Part shown: in pieces, positions 40,737 to 53,012 of the stretch
Layout: the number at the start of each line of letters is the position of its first letter
Position numbering within the stretch: position 1 is the stretch's first letter
DNA from: Eledone cirrhosa
Taxonomy: Eukaryota
Length of the DNA stretch: 64,000 nucleotides
Assembly (NCBI GenBank): GCA_964016885.1
Contig: OZ024741.1
Coordinates: forward strand, 221,712,001 to 221,776,000
Direction: 5' to 3'
Made by a program: the position numbers and the translations under genes
The notes under the pieces: model-generated
The model's input: only the letters and a program-made list of their open reading frames with translations
Told to the model about the DNA's origin: nothing
Database searches by the model: none

Positions 40737-40883
40737 GTAATATATATGTTTAATTGTTTACATTTTGGCTATGCAGTACACTAAAGGCATGTTGCATATG
40801 GTTTGAATGTTTGGCTCATGATCATAAAGTTATGAATTTGATTCCTAAACCAGATGGCACATTGTGTTCTTAAGCAAAATACA

Positions 40884-41075
40884 TTATTCCACATTGTTAC
40901 TTCTGCCAGGAGTTATGCCCAGCACATAGTATCAAGAATGAAAACATTGTTCCACATTGTTACTTCTGCCGGGAGTTATGCCCAGCACATAGTATCAAGA
41001 ATGAAAACATTGTTCCACATTGTTACTTCTGCCGGGAGTTATGCCCAGCACATAGTATCAAGAATGAAAACATTG
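40884..41075. repeat. 59-bp tandem repeat, ~3 copies
   Basis: ttccacattgttacttctgccgggagttatgcccagcacatagtatcaagaatgaaaac repeated. Confidence 0.9.
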
Positions 41076-41639
41076 TTTCCTTGGTCTGATCTGATGAGTG
41101 GCTCCTTTGCTTTTATTTTTATGTTGCATTCCTTTGTCATCTCTTTTGTGAAGCTCAACAGTTTGAGATTAGCTCTCACCATTTTTGACCAGGCTTCTCA
41201 TGGTCTTCCACCACTGTAGCTTCCTTCTGCTGGTATCTCCTGGCACTTCTTCACCCAATGCCCATCATCCATATGCTTCACATGTTCATACAAGCGCAAT
41301 CGTCTCAATGGCATACTACATGCGATATCTCTTATATCTCACACATGCTTCACTATGCAACTATTCAAACACATTAATATGCACACTTCATTTCTCTCCA
41401 GTCTTTTGAATATCTTCTGCATTCACCACCCTTATCTCACTTCCATGCAACATTGCACATAACACGCAGGTATCATAGAGACCAGTTTTCATATATATGT
41501 ATCATGGGTGCAGGGCGCTCAAAGTTAATGGAGGCTGTGGAGTGGGAAAATGGGATGATAGACGCTAACCTCATACAACTGCACCTCTCAGAGACGATGA
41601 CACGGGATTGAGATCTCTGACATTACACAATAATACAGA

Positions 41640-42165
41640 GGATCTACCTTCCTATGTGCACAGGTTGAAGCATACATCTAGTATGCACCACTTTCCCCTA
41701 CTTTCCCCTACCATACATATCCTAACACTCCATCCTTCACCAGATATGTCCCCCACTCCACCCTAGATCTACCTCTCCAATCCCCCAATTGACACAGTAA
41801 AGTGGTCGTTTTAATGCCACGACAAAAAACGCCCAGTCCACTCTATAAAGTGATCATGTTGGTGACATGTCAAAAAGCTCCCAGTCCACGCTGTAAAGTG
41901 ATCATGTAGGTTTTGTAACAAAAAGCTCCCAACGCTCATTGTAAAGTGACATTTTAGTGCCTCAATAAAAAGCACCCAGCACACACTGTAAATGTGGTTG
42001 GTGTTAGGAAAGGCATCCAGCCATAGAAACCAAGCCAAAATGAGTTCTGCATGAGCAACACACGGTCATCTGATATGGTTTGTCTCACAACAGGATCACT
42101 CATTGAAACCCGTGCTAGTGTGAAAAAATGATGTTAAATGGTTATGATGATAATCATCATCATCA
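41640..42165 (+). mobile_element. RTE-3'UTR/SINE-type element with four ~48-bp subrepeats; another copy at ~46985-47250 (-)
   Basis: cccagtccac(t/g)ct(a/g)taaagtgatcatgt subrepeats, then ctgtaaatgtggttggtgttaggaaaggcatccagcc and a (gat)-rich tail. Same family as 39481-40025. Confidence 0.75.
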
Positions 42166-42365
42166 TCTTTTTTATGCCTGTATAGATTTGTTTGAAAGCT
42201 CACAACTTTATCACCTTTATTTTAACTATATATATATATATGTAGGAGGTGAGTTTTATTGTAGCACAATAAAGCAATGCAAATATCGGATAAGTAGCAC
42301 TCTACAGTTTGTAGGACTGAAGTATAAATAATATAAGATCAAAAGATGGTTAAAAGAGTTCCAAG

Positions 42366-42436
42366 TATTTTTTTATGTGCATTTCAAAAACAAAAATCAT
42401 CATGGGATGATATCTGCGTTTTCATCAGATAAAATA
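42366..42436 (-). ncRNA. Minimal hammerhead ribozyme motif (inverted pLTR copy, slightly mutated)
   Basis: CTGATGA..GAAA-tgcaca-TA on the minus strand. The stem III palindrome is broken by one substitution. Confidence 0.65.
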
Positions 42437-42960
42437 GGGATACATGATATGAAACTTAAAAAACACTTGTGAATAGTGAAGTTTTAAATCAACATATTAA
42501 AAAATAATTTAAGATTGATGTATAAGATTGGGAAAAAGTGAGGAGGGGGGCGGTGGAAAAGGTAAGGAAGAGGAGGAGATGAGAGTAAAGAATGGTGGGG
42601 GAGGAGTATAAGAAGGAAGGATGAGAGAGGAGGAGAGATGGGTGATAGAGAGAGAGAGAGATAGCCTTTACAACTGAGAAAAGAATATATATTGTCTCAC
42701 AGAAGTTAAAAAGCCGTTGGAAGATAATAGATAATTTAATAGAATTTGAAATTAAAAGTTAATGAGGTTTATGCATGAAGAGAAAAAGGGATTAAGAATA
42801 TTATTAAATTAAGGTTTGTATATTGAAGGGTTTAATAATATGTGCGAGGAAAAGAAATTATTAATATGTATTATTAAAATAAAAATATTAATGTTATTAA
42901 GGATATAATGTGAAAAGAAGTAAAAGAATGAATGAGTTATGAATTTAGAGGAATTAGTTA

Positions 42961-44280
42961 GTGTTTAAGTTTACTATCTTAAATTGCAATTTAGTTAACC
43001 TTAATATTATTAAGAACAATATACGTGATCTCTTTAAGCAACATAACCATAAAATCAAATTTGATAACAACGTCAAACTAGCTAAATTCTTGGATATATC
43101 CCTTAATCTTGACACTGGCCTATATTACCCTTACCATAAAAACAATGAGAATCTAAATTATGTTAATTTTAAATCTAACCACCCCACTAACATTAAAAAT
43201 GCTATAGTCAGTAATATTGGAAAAAGAATATCAAACCTATCCTCTAATAAAAATATCTTTGATGCTAACGCCAATTACTATAATGCGCTTTCTAAAGCCA
43301 GTTATCCTGATAAAATCAAATACAGTAAAGAAACCAATCCTAGAAGGTCTTACAGTAAAATAATTAATTATGATCATTCCAATAACTTAAATAAAAGACC
43401 TAGATACAAAAATATAATCTGGTATAATGCTTCTTTCTCTATTTCTATTAATAATAATATTCCTAAACTATTCTTTAGGGCCTTAGATAAATGCTTCCCT
43501 CCCTCACATATCTATAGTAAAATCTTTAACAAACATACAATAAAATTTTCCTATTCCACCTCCTCTAACATTATCTCTAAACACAACAATAAAATATTAA
43601 ATATTAAATCACATCCTTCCAACACTGAGCGTCATAATAATAGCAGTAGTACTCCCGACGTCATTGTTAACTCTAGGCTAGATTCTGCAAACTCAAATAT
43701 GACGTCAAACGTAACTTCGTTGAATGTTCATAATACCAATCTAAATCAGGAAACTATTATTCCTATCGTAAATAACTTCTCCAATCCAATTCCTCCTATA
43801 AATAACACTAGGTCACTTGTTAATAACTCTGTTAATTTCTCTAATCGCAATTGTAATTGCCCTGTTAGAACTAAATGTCCTCTCAATAACCATTGTCTTG
43901 ATAAAAACTTAGTCTATGAATGTAAGGTTATAACTGATACCAATTCCTTTACCTATTTCGGTTCCACTTCCACCTCCTTCAAAGCTAGATTTTATAATCA
44001 CAATTCGTCTTTTAAATACCAACTTAAAAGAACAAACACAGCACTCTCAGAACTCATATGGTCCTTGAAAGACAAAAATATTAACTATAACATCTCTTGG
44101 AGAAAAGTTTGTTCTGCCTCTCCCTACTTGAATGCCTCCCTATCCAGAACATGTAATCTTTGCCTATCTGAAAAATTTACCATTATATCTAATTTCAATT
44201 CTATAATAAATAGACGCACTGATTTATTTTCTCTCTACTTGCATAAATTCCACAGAACATTCCATAAAGTATACAGCTAA
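42961..44280 (+). CDS. Truncated PLE ORF: RT C-terminus/thumb, CxC..C..C Zn motif, GIY-YIG endonuclease (no true start)
   Basis: FLDISL..YHK..YVNFKSNHP..KRISNLSS; NCNCPVRTKCPLNNHC; LVYECKV..YFGST..FKARFYNH; TALSELIW; CNLCLSEK. Confidence 0.85.
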   Translation: MFKFTILNCNLVNLNIIKNNIRDLFKQHNHKIKFDNNVKLAKFLDISLNLDTGLYYPYHKNNENLNYVNFKSNHPTNIKNAIVSNIGKRISNLSSNKNIFDANANYYNALSKASYPDKIKYSKETNPRRSYSKIINYDHSNNLNKRPRYKNIIWYNASFSISINNNIPKLFFRALDKCFPPSHIYSKIFNKHTIKFSYSTSSNIISKHNNKILNIKSHPSNTERHNNSSSTPDVIVNSRLDSANSNMTSNVTSLNVHNTNLNQETIIPIVNNFSNPIPPINNTRSLVNNSVNFSNRNCNCPVRTKCPLNNHCLDKNLVYECKVITDTNSFTYFGSTSTSFKARFYNHNSSFKYQLKRTNTALSELIWSLKDKNINYNISWRKVCSASPYLNASLSRTCNLCLSEKFTIISNFNSIINRRTDLFSLYLHKFHRTFHKVYS

Positions 44281-45446
44281 TATCTAATATCTAGTTTAAA
44301 ATCCTTTTTCTCAAAGGCTTATATATCTTTTTAAAATATACCCATCTTTCTACCTTATTTCAATATTATTTATATATTATATAATGCAAGTTACTCATTC
44401 TATATCATTCCTCTTTATCACTTTCCTTTCTTCCTCTTTTCTTTCTAATTTCTAACCTCTAATCTGTACTTTTTCTTCCTAACTACTTCTCAATTCTTAT
44501 TATTACTCACCACATTATCCATTCTTCCATCTTTCTTCATATCATTGGCCATAAAAATTTTTTTTTTTTTTTAATACATTATAGTATTACCTTTAATAGT
44601 CCTTCGTAAACATAAACATTTTTTTTTACGTTAGATTTTTCTTCCTTAAATTCCTTATTTTTTCCTTTCATGCTCGTTTGACTTTTACATATTACAATAC
44701 ATAAAAACAAACTTAAACCCTAACTAATTTCTTTTAATATATTACATTATTACCATTAGAAAATATTTTGTAAACATATATATTTTTTGATGTTAGATAT
44801 TTTCTTCCTTAAACATTCTTTTCTTCTTTGCTTTCTGCACTCATTTTTAAACAAACTATTTACGTACATATATTATGCACACATATTACATTACATAAAA
44901 ACAAACTTAAACACTAACTAATTCCTCTAAATTCATAACTCATTCATTCTTTTACTTCTTTTCACATTATATCCTTAATAACATTAATATTTTTATTTTA
45001 ATAATACATATTAATAATTTCTTTTCCTCGCACATATTATTAAACCCTTCAATATACAAACCTTAATTTAATATTATTCTTAATCGCCTTTTCTCTTCAT
45101 GCATAAACCTCATTAACTTTTAATTTCAAATTCTATTAAATTATCTATTATCTTCCAACGGCTTTTTAACTTCTCTGTGAGACAATATATATTTTTTTCT
45201 CAGTTGTAAAGGCTATCTCTCTCTCTCTCTCTCTCTCTCTCTATTACCCATCTCTCCTCCTCTCTCATCCTTCCTTCTTATACTCCTCCCCCACCATTCT
45301 TTACTCTCATCTCCTCCTCTTCCTTACCTTTTCCAACACCCCTCACTTTTTCCCAATCTTATACATCAATCTTAAATTATTTTTCATATATTGATTTAAA
45401 ACTTCATTATTCACAAGTGTTTTTTAAGCTTCATATCATGTATCCC

Positions 45447-45517
45447 TATTTTATCTGATGAAAACGCAGATATCATCCCATGATGATATTTGTTTTTGAA
45501 ATGCGCATAATAAAATA
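45447..45517 (+). ncRNA. Minimal type I hammerhead ribozyme
   Basis: Stem I tattttat (45447-54) pairs with ataaaata (45510-17). Core CTGATGA 45455-61; stem II hairpin 45462-97; GAAA 45498-501; palindromic TGCGCA; TA cleavage site 45508-09. Confidence 0.8.
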
Positions 45518-45592
45518 CTTGGAACTCTTTTAACCATCTTTTGATCTTATATTATATATATATATATATACCCTATGTATTTTGTTGTATAG

Positions 45593-45682
45593 GTACACCA
45601 TTGTTTTACAAATCTTCAAGGAATACGCTAAAACGAAAGAAGTTAAACTACAGGTGGCACTAGCAGAAATTCCATATATCAG
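45593..45682 (+). CDS. GTPBP6: GTPBP6 exon 5 (YTIVLQIFKEYAKTKEVKLQVALAEIPYIR)
   Basis: gtatag| acceptor and |gtaata donor. HflX 'LxIF...AxTxExKLQVxLA' motif. Confidence 0.93.
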
Positions 45683-45982
45683 GTAATATTTCTCTTCTGA
45701 CAGATTTTTCTTCTTCATGTTACATCTGCCTTTCACATTGGCATGGGTTGGTAGGGTTTTTATGGTCCAAGACCAGACTATGTCGGGGTAACCTCATCTT
45801 GCTCATATGTTTCATATTTTACGTGGTTTCTACATCTGGATTCCCTTCTAATGATAAATTTTTTTAGGAATAAGTTCCATTTCTGGTGTTGACACACTGA
45901 AATCTAGCAGCATTTGAAATCAACTAAAAAAATATATACCAGTTACGTACAGGTGTTAGTTAAATTGACTATGCCCTTCAGT

Positions 45983-46019
<37 letters not shown>

Positions 46020-46049
46020 GTACAAAGGGCAAGGAATATGTAGTCAACC

Positions 46050-46345
46050 ATGATTACATAATGACTAATTACTTATGGTGTGGAAATGTTTTCATTCCAT
46101 AACATCTAATTAGACCTTAATTAACTGTGGTGTTGAAATGCTATTTCATAATATCTAATCAGTCCCTAATTAGACCCCAATTAATTGCTGTGTTGAAATA
46201 TCTTCATTACATAATGTCTAATTTGATCCTTATTAACCATAGTGTTGAAGTATGTTCATTATATAACATATAATTTAACCCTAATTAATTTAACATCTAA
46301 TTAAAAGCTAATTAACCATAGTGTTGAAATGTCTTCATTACATAA
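46050..46345. repeat. Degenerate AT-rich minisatellite (~45-60 bp, ttaattaacc..gtgttgaaatg..ttcattacataa..tctaat)
   Basis: About 5-6 diverged copies visible. Confidence 0.65.
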
Positions 46346-46352
46346 TGTTTAA

Positions 46353-46726
46353 CCCTTTAGCATTTGCATTACTCTATATTTACTATTGTATTTTTGTGGT
46401 AAAGGCTTTATCTTACATAATTATCATATTTCCCGGCTTCGAAGACGATACTTTTTTCCTAAAATAAGTCTCAAAAATCTACCATGCGTCCTGGAGGCCA
46501 AAGGTTGTTTATTTTTTATTTTCATATTGTTGGTTGTCAAAATTAGGGTGCGTCCTCGAGGATGGGAAATACGGTATCTCACATAATATTGAATCTATGA
46601 GAGTTTGATCTTATTTATTTTGAGAACAATACCTTATCATCAGTATGAATGGCAAGTTACAGCTGGTTTGAACAGAAAGAGGTGAGAGAATTCTGGACAG
46701 ATATGGCCGGTTTAAATGCTAAAGGG
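46353..46726. mobile_element. piggyBac-type MITE (TTAA TSD) with a nested Tc1/pogo-type MITE at ~46422-46576
   Basis: TTAA-CCCTTTAGCATTT ... AAATGCTAAAGGG-TTAA (13-bp TIR). Inner imperfect TIR tatcatatttccc / gggaaatacggta. Confidence 0.8.
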
Positions 46727-47365
46727 TTAATCAATAAAACTTTTATTCAGTGGACACAGTATGGCTAAATAGTTAAGGAGTTCACTTCACAATCATTAGG
46801 TTCTGGGTTAGATTCCACTGTGTGGAATCTTGAGCACATGTCATTTACCATAACCTTCAGTCAACCCTGACCTTCACTGGAAAGTGAATAGATGAAAACT
46901 GTTTGGAATGTGCCTGTAATTCAAAGAGCCAGCTTTGTCACAATGTGTTTCATACTGAATCTCTCTAAGAATTATGTTATGGTACATCGTTTAACATCCA
47001 TCTTCCACACTAGCATGGGTTGAACGATTTTGTTCCACTTGAAGCGAGATTGGTTGGGAGACCATGTCTTGCTCATACAGAACTGTTTCTGGCAGGTTTT
47101 CTACAGCTGGATGCGCTTCCTAACACTAACCACATTTACAGTGTGGACTGGGAGCTTTTTTACTATGTCTCCTACACAACCACTTTACAGTGTGGACAGG
47201 GTGCTTTTTGTAGTGTCACCGACACGACCACTTTGCAGTGGACAGAGGATGGAGTAGGGTGTCTGTAAAATATCCAACCATGTCATACATGAATCTCCCT
47301 AAGGAATTTCTTCAGCATACTGTTCCATTGATCCAACAACTGGAACACTTGTCTAAGCAAAGGAG

Positions 47366-47797
47366 GTTCATTCCTTCTATTATTTGATCAATACATTGGT
47401 AATTTCTAAATCTCTCTCTCTCTCTCTTATATATATCATCATCATCATAATGTCCATTTTCCCTGCTAGCAAGAGTTGGATGGGTATACGTAGACCAAGT
47501 CAGTACTGAAGTGGAGCTACTGATCACCCAGACAGGCCAGGGGGATCTGCATCTCACCTTTGTACAGTCTCACTGTTCTACCAAGTGCACAGCCCTTTGA
47601 TTGGCAACTTTCTATGGCTGGATGCCCTTCCTATCACCAACCGGGTGGTCAGTAGTTCCACTTCAGTACTGACTTGATCTACATATACCCATCCAACCCT
47701 TGCTAGCAGGGAAAATGGACATTATGATGATGATATATATGAGAGAGAGAGATTTAAAAATTACCAATGCATTGATCAAATAATAGAAGAAATGAAC
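47366..47797. repeat. Inverted repeat, ~160-bp arms (47366-47529 / 47643-47797)
   Basis: Arms are reverse complements with few mismatches. They include a (cat)n element tail plus its unique flank. Confidence 0.9.
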
Positions 47798-48496
47798 TGG
47801 AGATGCTCATTTATATATACAGCCCTCTGTAGCTGGATGCCCTTCTCATCACCAACAACTTCACAGGGGCAGCAACTAGGAATGTGTGTGTAAAGAGAGC
47901 ATGGGGGGGGGGGGGGGGGCATGTGGTGGGGGCAGTGATTTGTGATGTTGAGAATAGCTGTTAGTGAGTGCTAGTGGAAGGTAGGGACACGGGGGGTAGA
48001 TAAGGCCACATTGTATGCTGCAAGCCGGGTCTTCAGCACTACATGGTGCCAGCCCTTGTGGTCTTTAGCTATTTCTTATTCCTGTCTCAGTACCGAGTGA
48101 GTAAATGTCACCAATGAAGGATAAAAATCCAGCAACAGCCGTGTGGCATTCTCACTGGCTACAAGGATAGCTGTGACATGATCACAGCTTTAAACTCATT
48201 CATATATATATGCATATATATCATCATCATCATTGTTTAACGTCCATTTTCCATGCTAGCATGGGTTAGACAGGTTGTCCCATTAGAGGCAAGTTGAGTC
48301 AGGAGACCGTGTCTTTCTCAAAACAAAATACACTCACATCCCCCTTTTCTATTTTCTAATCTCTGAACTAATGTACTCCTGATGATGAACTAACATCCAA
48401 TACATCAAACTGTTTTCTCTCATTCATCCAAAGTATGAAACTAATAAGACTAATTCTTTTTATATCTCCACATTTGTAATTTATCTTTAACTATAG

Positions 48497-48608
48497 ATCA
48501 CGCCTTCCTTCTGTCCATGGTGGTAGTTTAAGTACAACTGCAGGTGGTAGAAAACACACTGGAGGAACAACTTCAATGTACCTAGAACAGAGGTATAAAT
48601 ATTTACAG
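48497..48608 (+). CDS. GTPBP6: GTPBP6 exon 6 (SRLPSVHGGSLSTTAGGRKHTGGTTSMYLEQRYKYLQ)
   Basis: ctatag| acceptor and CAG|gtaatt donor. Gly-rich HflX linker; phases fit both neighbours. Confidence 0.8.
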
Positions 48609-49897
48609 GTAATTATTATATTTCCTTAACTCTTATCCTTTACCTCATGAAAACACAGCAGCAAGACATTCTAGAAAACCTTTAAAACCAACATCGATAT
48701 CTCTTATATAGTATTTCTCATGGTTGAGCATGGGACTTCAGAAAGGGGATAAATGCTATGCTATATACTAACTTTATCTGATGGTGTGGTGCACATATTG
48801 TGAGGGAGAGGGGGTGATTCGAAGTGGGATTTGGGACAAAAAAATATAGAGAAACACCAATTTAGGTTAAGAGGACAACTCTATTATTTAATAAATTAAC
48901 ACCCATGCACATGAAACATAATTGACTGAATCACATTAAATAGTAAAGTCTTTGCTCTAATACTGCAAATTTTCACAACAATCTTGTCCAAATCGACAAG
49001 ACCTCAGACCTCATTACTTACCGAGTTGGGTAGAACTCAACAGATCGAACCAAAGAAACAATGTTTTCATTGGTCTTTCCAATTTCTAACACTATCTACT
49101 GGTTGCAACTCCTGGTAGAAGGAGCAATATGAAATAAAGTGGCTTGCTTAAAGACACGACACATCACCCAGCCCAGGAATTGAACTCGCAACCTCATGAT
49201 TGTGAATCCAAGTCTCTAACCACTAAACCACATACCTCCACTAATAAAGATACTATAAACATTTTAATTAACAAACCTGCCTTTTAGATATTTTCTGCTA
49301 AATCATTGCAGTATATTAAGAGTTATCTCTACATGTAGCTGCTTTCACAGATTTATGAACATAGAATTAAGGTGTTATGTTATTTTATATACTAAGGTAT
49401 GAAGTAATGTTTTGCTTAAGAACACAACTTAATGCCAAACACCTAATTTTAATATGTTCAACTGTTGAGGTATATCTATAAAACAGACTTAAATAACCAA
49501 TAAATTTCCAGCATGGAGTTTTGTAGTTGGTGTTGAGATATTTTTCTACTTCTACAGAGATAACAAACCACCATTTCTTTACCATCACTATTTCAAACCA
49601 GATTCAAATTTGACCCTTTCATTATATTTTGTATTAAAGACATTACCTATGGTTTTCAATTAATTTTGAAAATAATCAAGAATTTCAAGGAATTTATTAA
49701 CATAAGTAACTTTTTCATTATTTCTCTGGTGTTTGGTGTATAACTTAACAAAGGTTCTTTGATAACATGATGGAAGGTTTTTAGATAAATATAACCACTT
49801 TAAAATAATTTTCCAACCAATTTGGTATCAAATAGGTTAACTAATCTATTTTCCTGTGATGTCATAAATTTTAGAAAATCATATGCTTTATTAAAAG

Positions 49898-50018
49898 GAC
49901 TGGGAATTGAAGCTTAAAAAAGCCTTAAAAAAGGTTAGAAGACAAAGAGAGATTCTGCGTCAGAACCGTTTGAAGAAACAATTTCCTATTATAGCAGTGG
50001 TGGGCTACACAAATGCAG
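49898..50018 (+). CDS. GTPBP6: GTPBP6 exon 7 (DWELKLKKALKKVRRQREILRQNRLKKQFPIIAVVGYTNAG)
   Basis: Coiled coil leading into the G1 motif GYTNAG. |gtaggt donor. Acceptor ttaaaag is weak but in phase. Confidence 0.9.
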
Positions 50019-51302
50019 GTAGGTACTGCTGTATTTCAGACAGAAATATTTGTATATTTATATCTGGGTGCACTACATGCAGGGATGTGTTGCTTTATTT
50101 CAGATATAAATGTCTGTATGCTTTTATCAGGGTATATCACAAACAAAAATACAGTCAAATTATAAATGAAATTTAACAAGTTTATTTAACTCTTTCATTA
50201 TCATTTCTAATGATTTTCAATTCCAGTGGTTTTAGTAATGTTAGTAACTTTCTCACTAGGAAACTTGTTTTGGTATATAACTTAACAAAAATGATTACAT
50301 AAAATCAAGCATAACTCCAAGAGCTCACTACCAGACTGGGAAAAGTATCAGGAACATACAGAATGGAGATCAGCTTGGAAAAGAGCAAGTTTCTTGTTAA
50401 TAGTAATAATCAGAATACAGCAAGCAACATCATGCTGAACATAAAATTATAATGGAAGGTTTTTAGATAAATATAAATACTTTAACCTATTTATTCCCAT
50501 AATTGTAATGATTTGGATATAATTTTTTAAATAATCAAGAATCTAGAGGGTTTAGTAATATAACTTTATCACAATTAAGTTGGTGTACGGAAGATATCTT
50601 AACAAAGGTAATATTATGGTGGAAGGTTTTTAGATAAATTTATATCTGACCAGTATGGACAGCAGGCATAAGATGATGATTTACAAAGTATGTGATCGAG
50701 AATTGTTGTGCATTTCAGTTAACAGTCTTGGCTGTTGTGATTTCAGTTTTTCATCTATACAGATGATTTTTTGACAGTATGGGTTTACAGTATTTGATTT
50801 CTCTTTGTCACACAAAAAACAATGAATTGGGGTTTTTTCAAGCCAACATACACTTACCATAACCTTTTTTCAAAGAAGAGGTTGCTTTAGAAGCTTATAA
50901 CTTTTGGAAGGTTCTTCAGCTTCATTATGTTAAATCTAATTAGAATTTAACTCAACATTCTGTACTAGATGAAACTGCATTATCACATCACATTAAAAAT
51001 GTAAGTCGTTACGCTAATATGGCAAATTTTCACAATGATCTGTTCACTAGTAAAGATACTATGAATATTTGAATTAGTAAGACATTCTTAGAAAGTATAA
51101 AACAGTACTATGGCTTCATCACATGAAAAATTAAACTCTTTATTTTAATACTGCAAATTTTCACAATGATCTGTCTGCTAGTAAAGATACTATAAACATT
51201 TGAATTAACAAACTACATGAAACTACATTAACAAGACATTCTTAAAATGTCCAAAACAGCACTATGATTACATCATATTAAAAATTTAAATCTTTACTCT
51301 AA

Positions 51303-51789
51303 CTAGCAGAAAAACCACCATTTGGGTGGTTTTCTGCTAGCATGTCTAGTGTGTATATTGATATTATACACAAGTATATATGCATGTAGATATGATACAT
51401 CAAATAAAATCATAATTGACAATATACTCAGAAATTGAACGAAGACTGCGTTACACTCTCTTATGTAATCAGTAACGTAATCCATGATACATTAAAAAAG
51501 ACGATATTATATATAAACTGCATTAGGAGAAAATTAGTGACGGAAATATATGAATATTTATTTAAGCGATCGCTAACCGGAAGTATTGACATTTGAAAAT
51601 TTTAAAGAAGTGAATCTTAAAATAATCCACAAAATTATTTATATTTAATCAAGAATAACAAAATTTAGTAGATAAATTATGTAATATTCATTCATTATTT
51701 ATTCAAAGTAATCCAACTTATTTTACAAACGGGATAAAAAAATATATTCTGGACGCAATCCCGCACTCCTTACTTTATTATAGTTTAGA
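51303..51789 (-). mobile_element. Non-autonomous Helitron (487 bp)
   Basis: Minus strand: A|TCTAAACTATAATAAAG ... terminal hairpin ... CTGCTAG|T. No TSD. Removing it restores the host repeat ctctaa|tactgc. Confidence 0.85.
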
Positions 51790-52029
51790 TACTGCTAATT
51801 TTCACAATGATCTTCCCTAGTAAAAATAATATATTTGAATTAACAAACCACAGGAAATCACATTAGCTAAATAGTCTTGAAAAGTACAACAGCACTATAA
51901 CTTATATCAGTCTTTACTTGAATAGTACTAATTTTTACAATGATCTGTCCACTAGTAAAGATACTATAAACATTTGAATTAAAAAGTTTGTTTTTTAATG
52001 TTTCTACGAAATCATTACAATAAATCATG

Positions 52030-52500
52030 TGCAATCATCATTTTATGTCCACTTTTCCTTGCTTGTAAGGGTGGGATGGGTTCTTTGCAGGACAGCATCT
52101 CTCGATTCATCACAGTCCTTCGTCATCTCCTCTGTGAGCTTTAGCAATCTGAGGTCAGCTCTCACCACCTCTGCCCATGTTTTTCATGGTCTTCCTCTTC
52201 TGCATTTTCCTTCCACCGGGATTTCTTGGCATTTCTTCACGCAGCAGTCATCTTTCATGCACATCCCATGGCCATATCAACGCATGCTTCTCTCCCGCAC
52301 ACTACAGTTTATCCCTCTTATACACAGTTTCACTCCTACTTGTATCTGGAATTCCTCACTAAACTCCATTCCTACTCTCAATTTACTGACAGCTCCTCTG
52401 TACATAGCTTGCACTGTCCTCACAAGCCATTCCTCTACACCTAGTTTCCTTAGAGACCACCAGATTACAGATCGGCCTTCTCTAGGTCAACAAAAGCAAT
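52030..52500 (-). mobile_element. Internally deleted RTE LINE remnant
   Basis: Minus strand has R..WYGH..MKDDCCVKKC..RGRPxKTWAEVV and the same element tail. Confidence 0.65.
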
Positions 52501-52572
52501 ATTTAGAAAAAATGTGTGCATCACATTAAAATTTAAAGTCATTACTTAATAGAGCAAATGTTTATAACAATC

Positions 52573-53012
52573 TATAACAGGACACTGGGTTGTATGTACA
52601 ATATTTATTTATGAAGATTGAGCTGAGTAGAGCTGAATAGTTGACATGCCAAGAGAGATGAAAGGATGAATTAAAGGAATTCAGGAGGCACGGTCTACTG
52701 GCTGAAGATGTTGCCAGGCCGTGGTTAAGTTGTAGTGTTACATGTTGGCTAGTGGTTTCACGACGAAAGAAAGTTAGTTGTTTACCTTTTTGAAGTCCAA
52801 GAGACCAAGAGGTCTTTACATTACCATGTTCAGGTTGCCAGAGAGTATACCCTCGGCGGAACGCGCCTGGCCGAAGGGCCAGGCAGGTGAAAAGAGAGGG
52901 AGATAGCTTTCAGCTCTCTCCTTTATAGTTCCTTCGGATGGAAGTCACAAAGAAGGTTCTGCAACCTCAACGGGAAGTAACTCCAGCTACTTCCTGTCTA
53001 GAGAGCGCTACA
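52573..53012 (-). mobile_element. Solo LTR (Gypsy-like), 440 bp, 4-bp TSD AATC
   Basis: Minus strand TGTAGCGC...TGTTATA (TG..CA-like) with internal TATAAA and AATAAA. AATC at 52569-72 and 53013-16. Related to 62282-62622. Confidence 0.75.

Larger units (their letters stand above)
42241..45552 (+). mobile_element. 5'-truncated Penelope-like element (Neptune-type architecture) with ~640-bp inverted terminal repeats, in GTPBP6 intron 4
   Basis: Internal RT-thumb plus GIY-YIG ORF. 42333-42972 is the reverse complement of 44902-45552. (TA)n at both ends; hammerhead motifs in both repeats. Confidence 0.9.
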
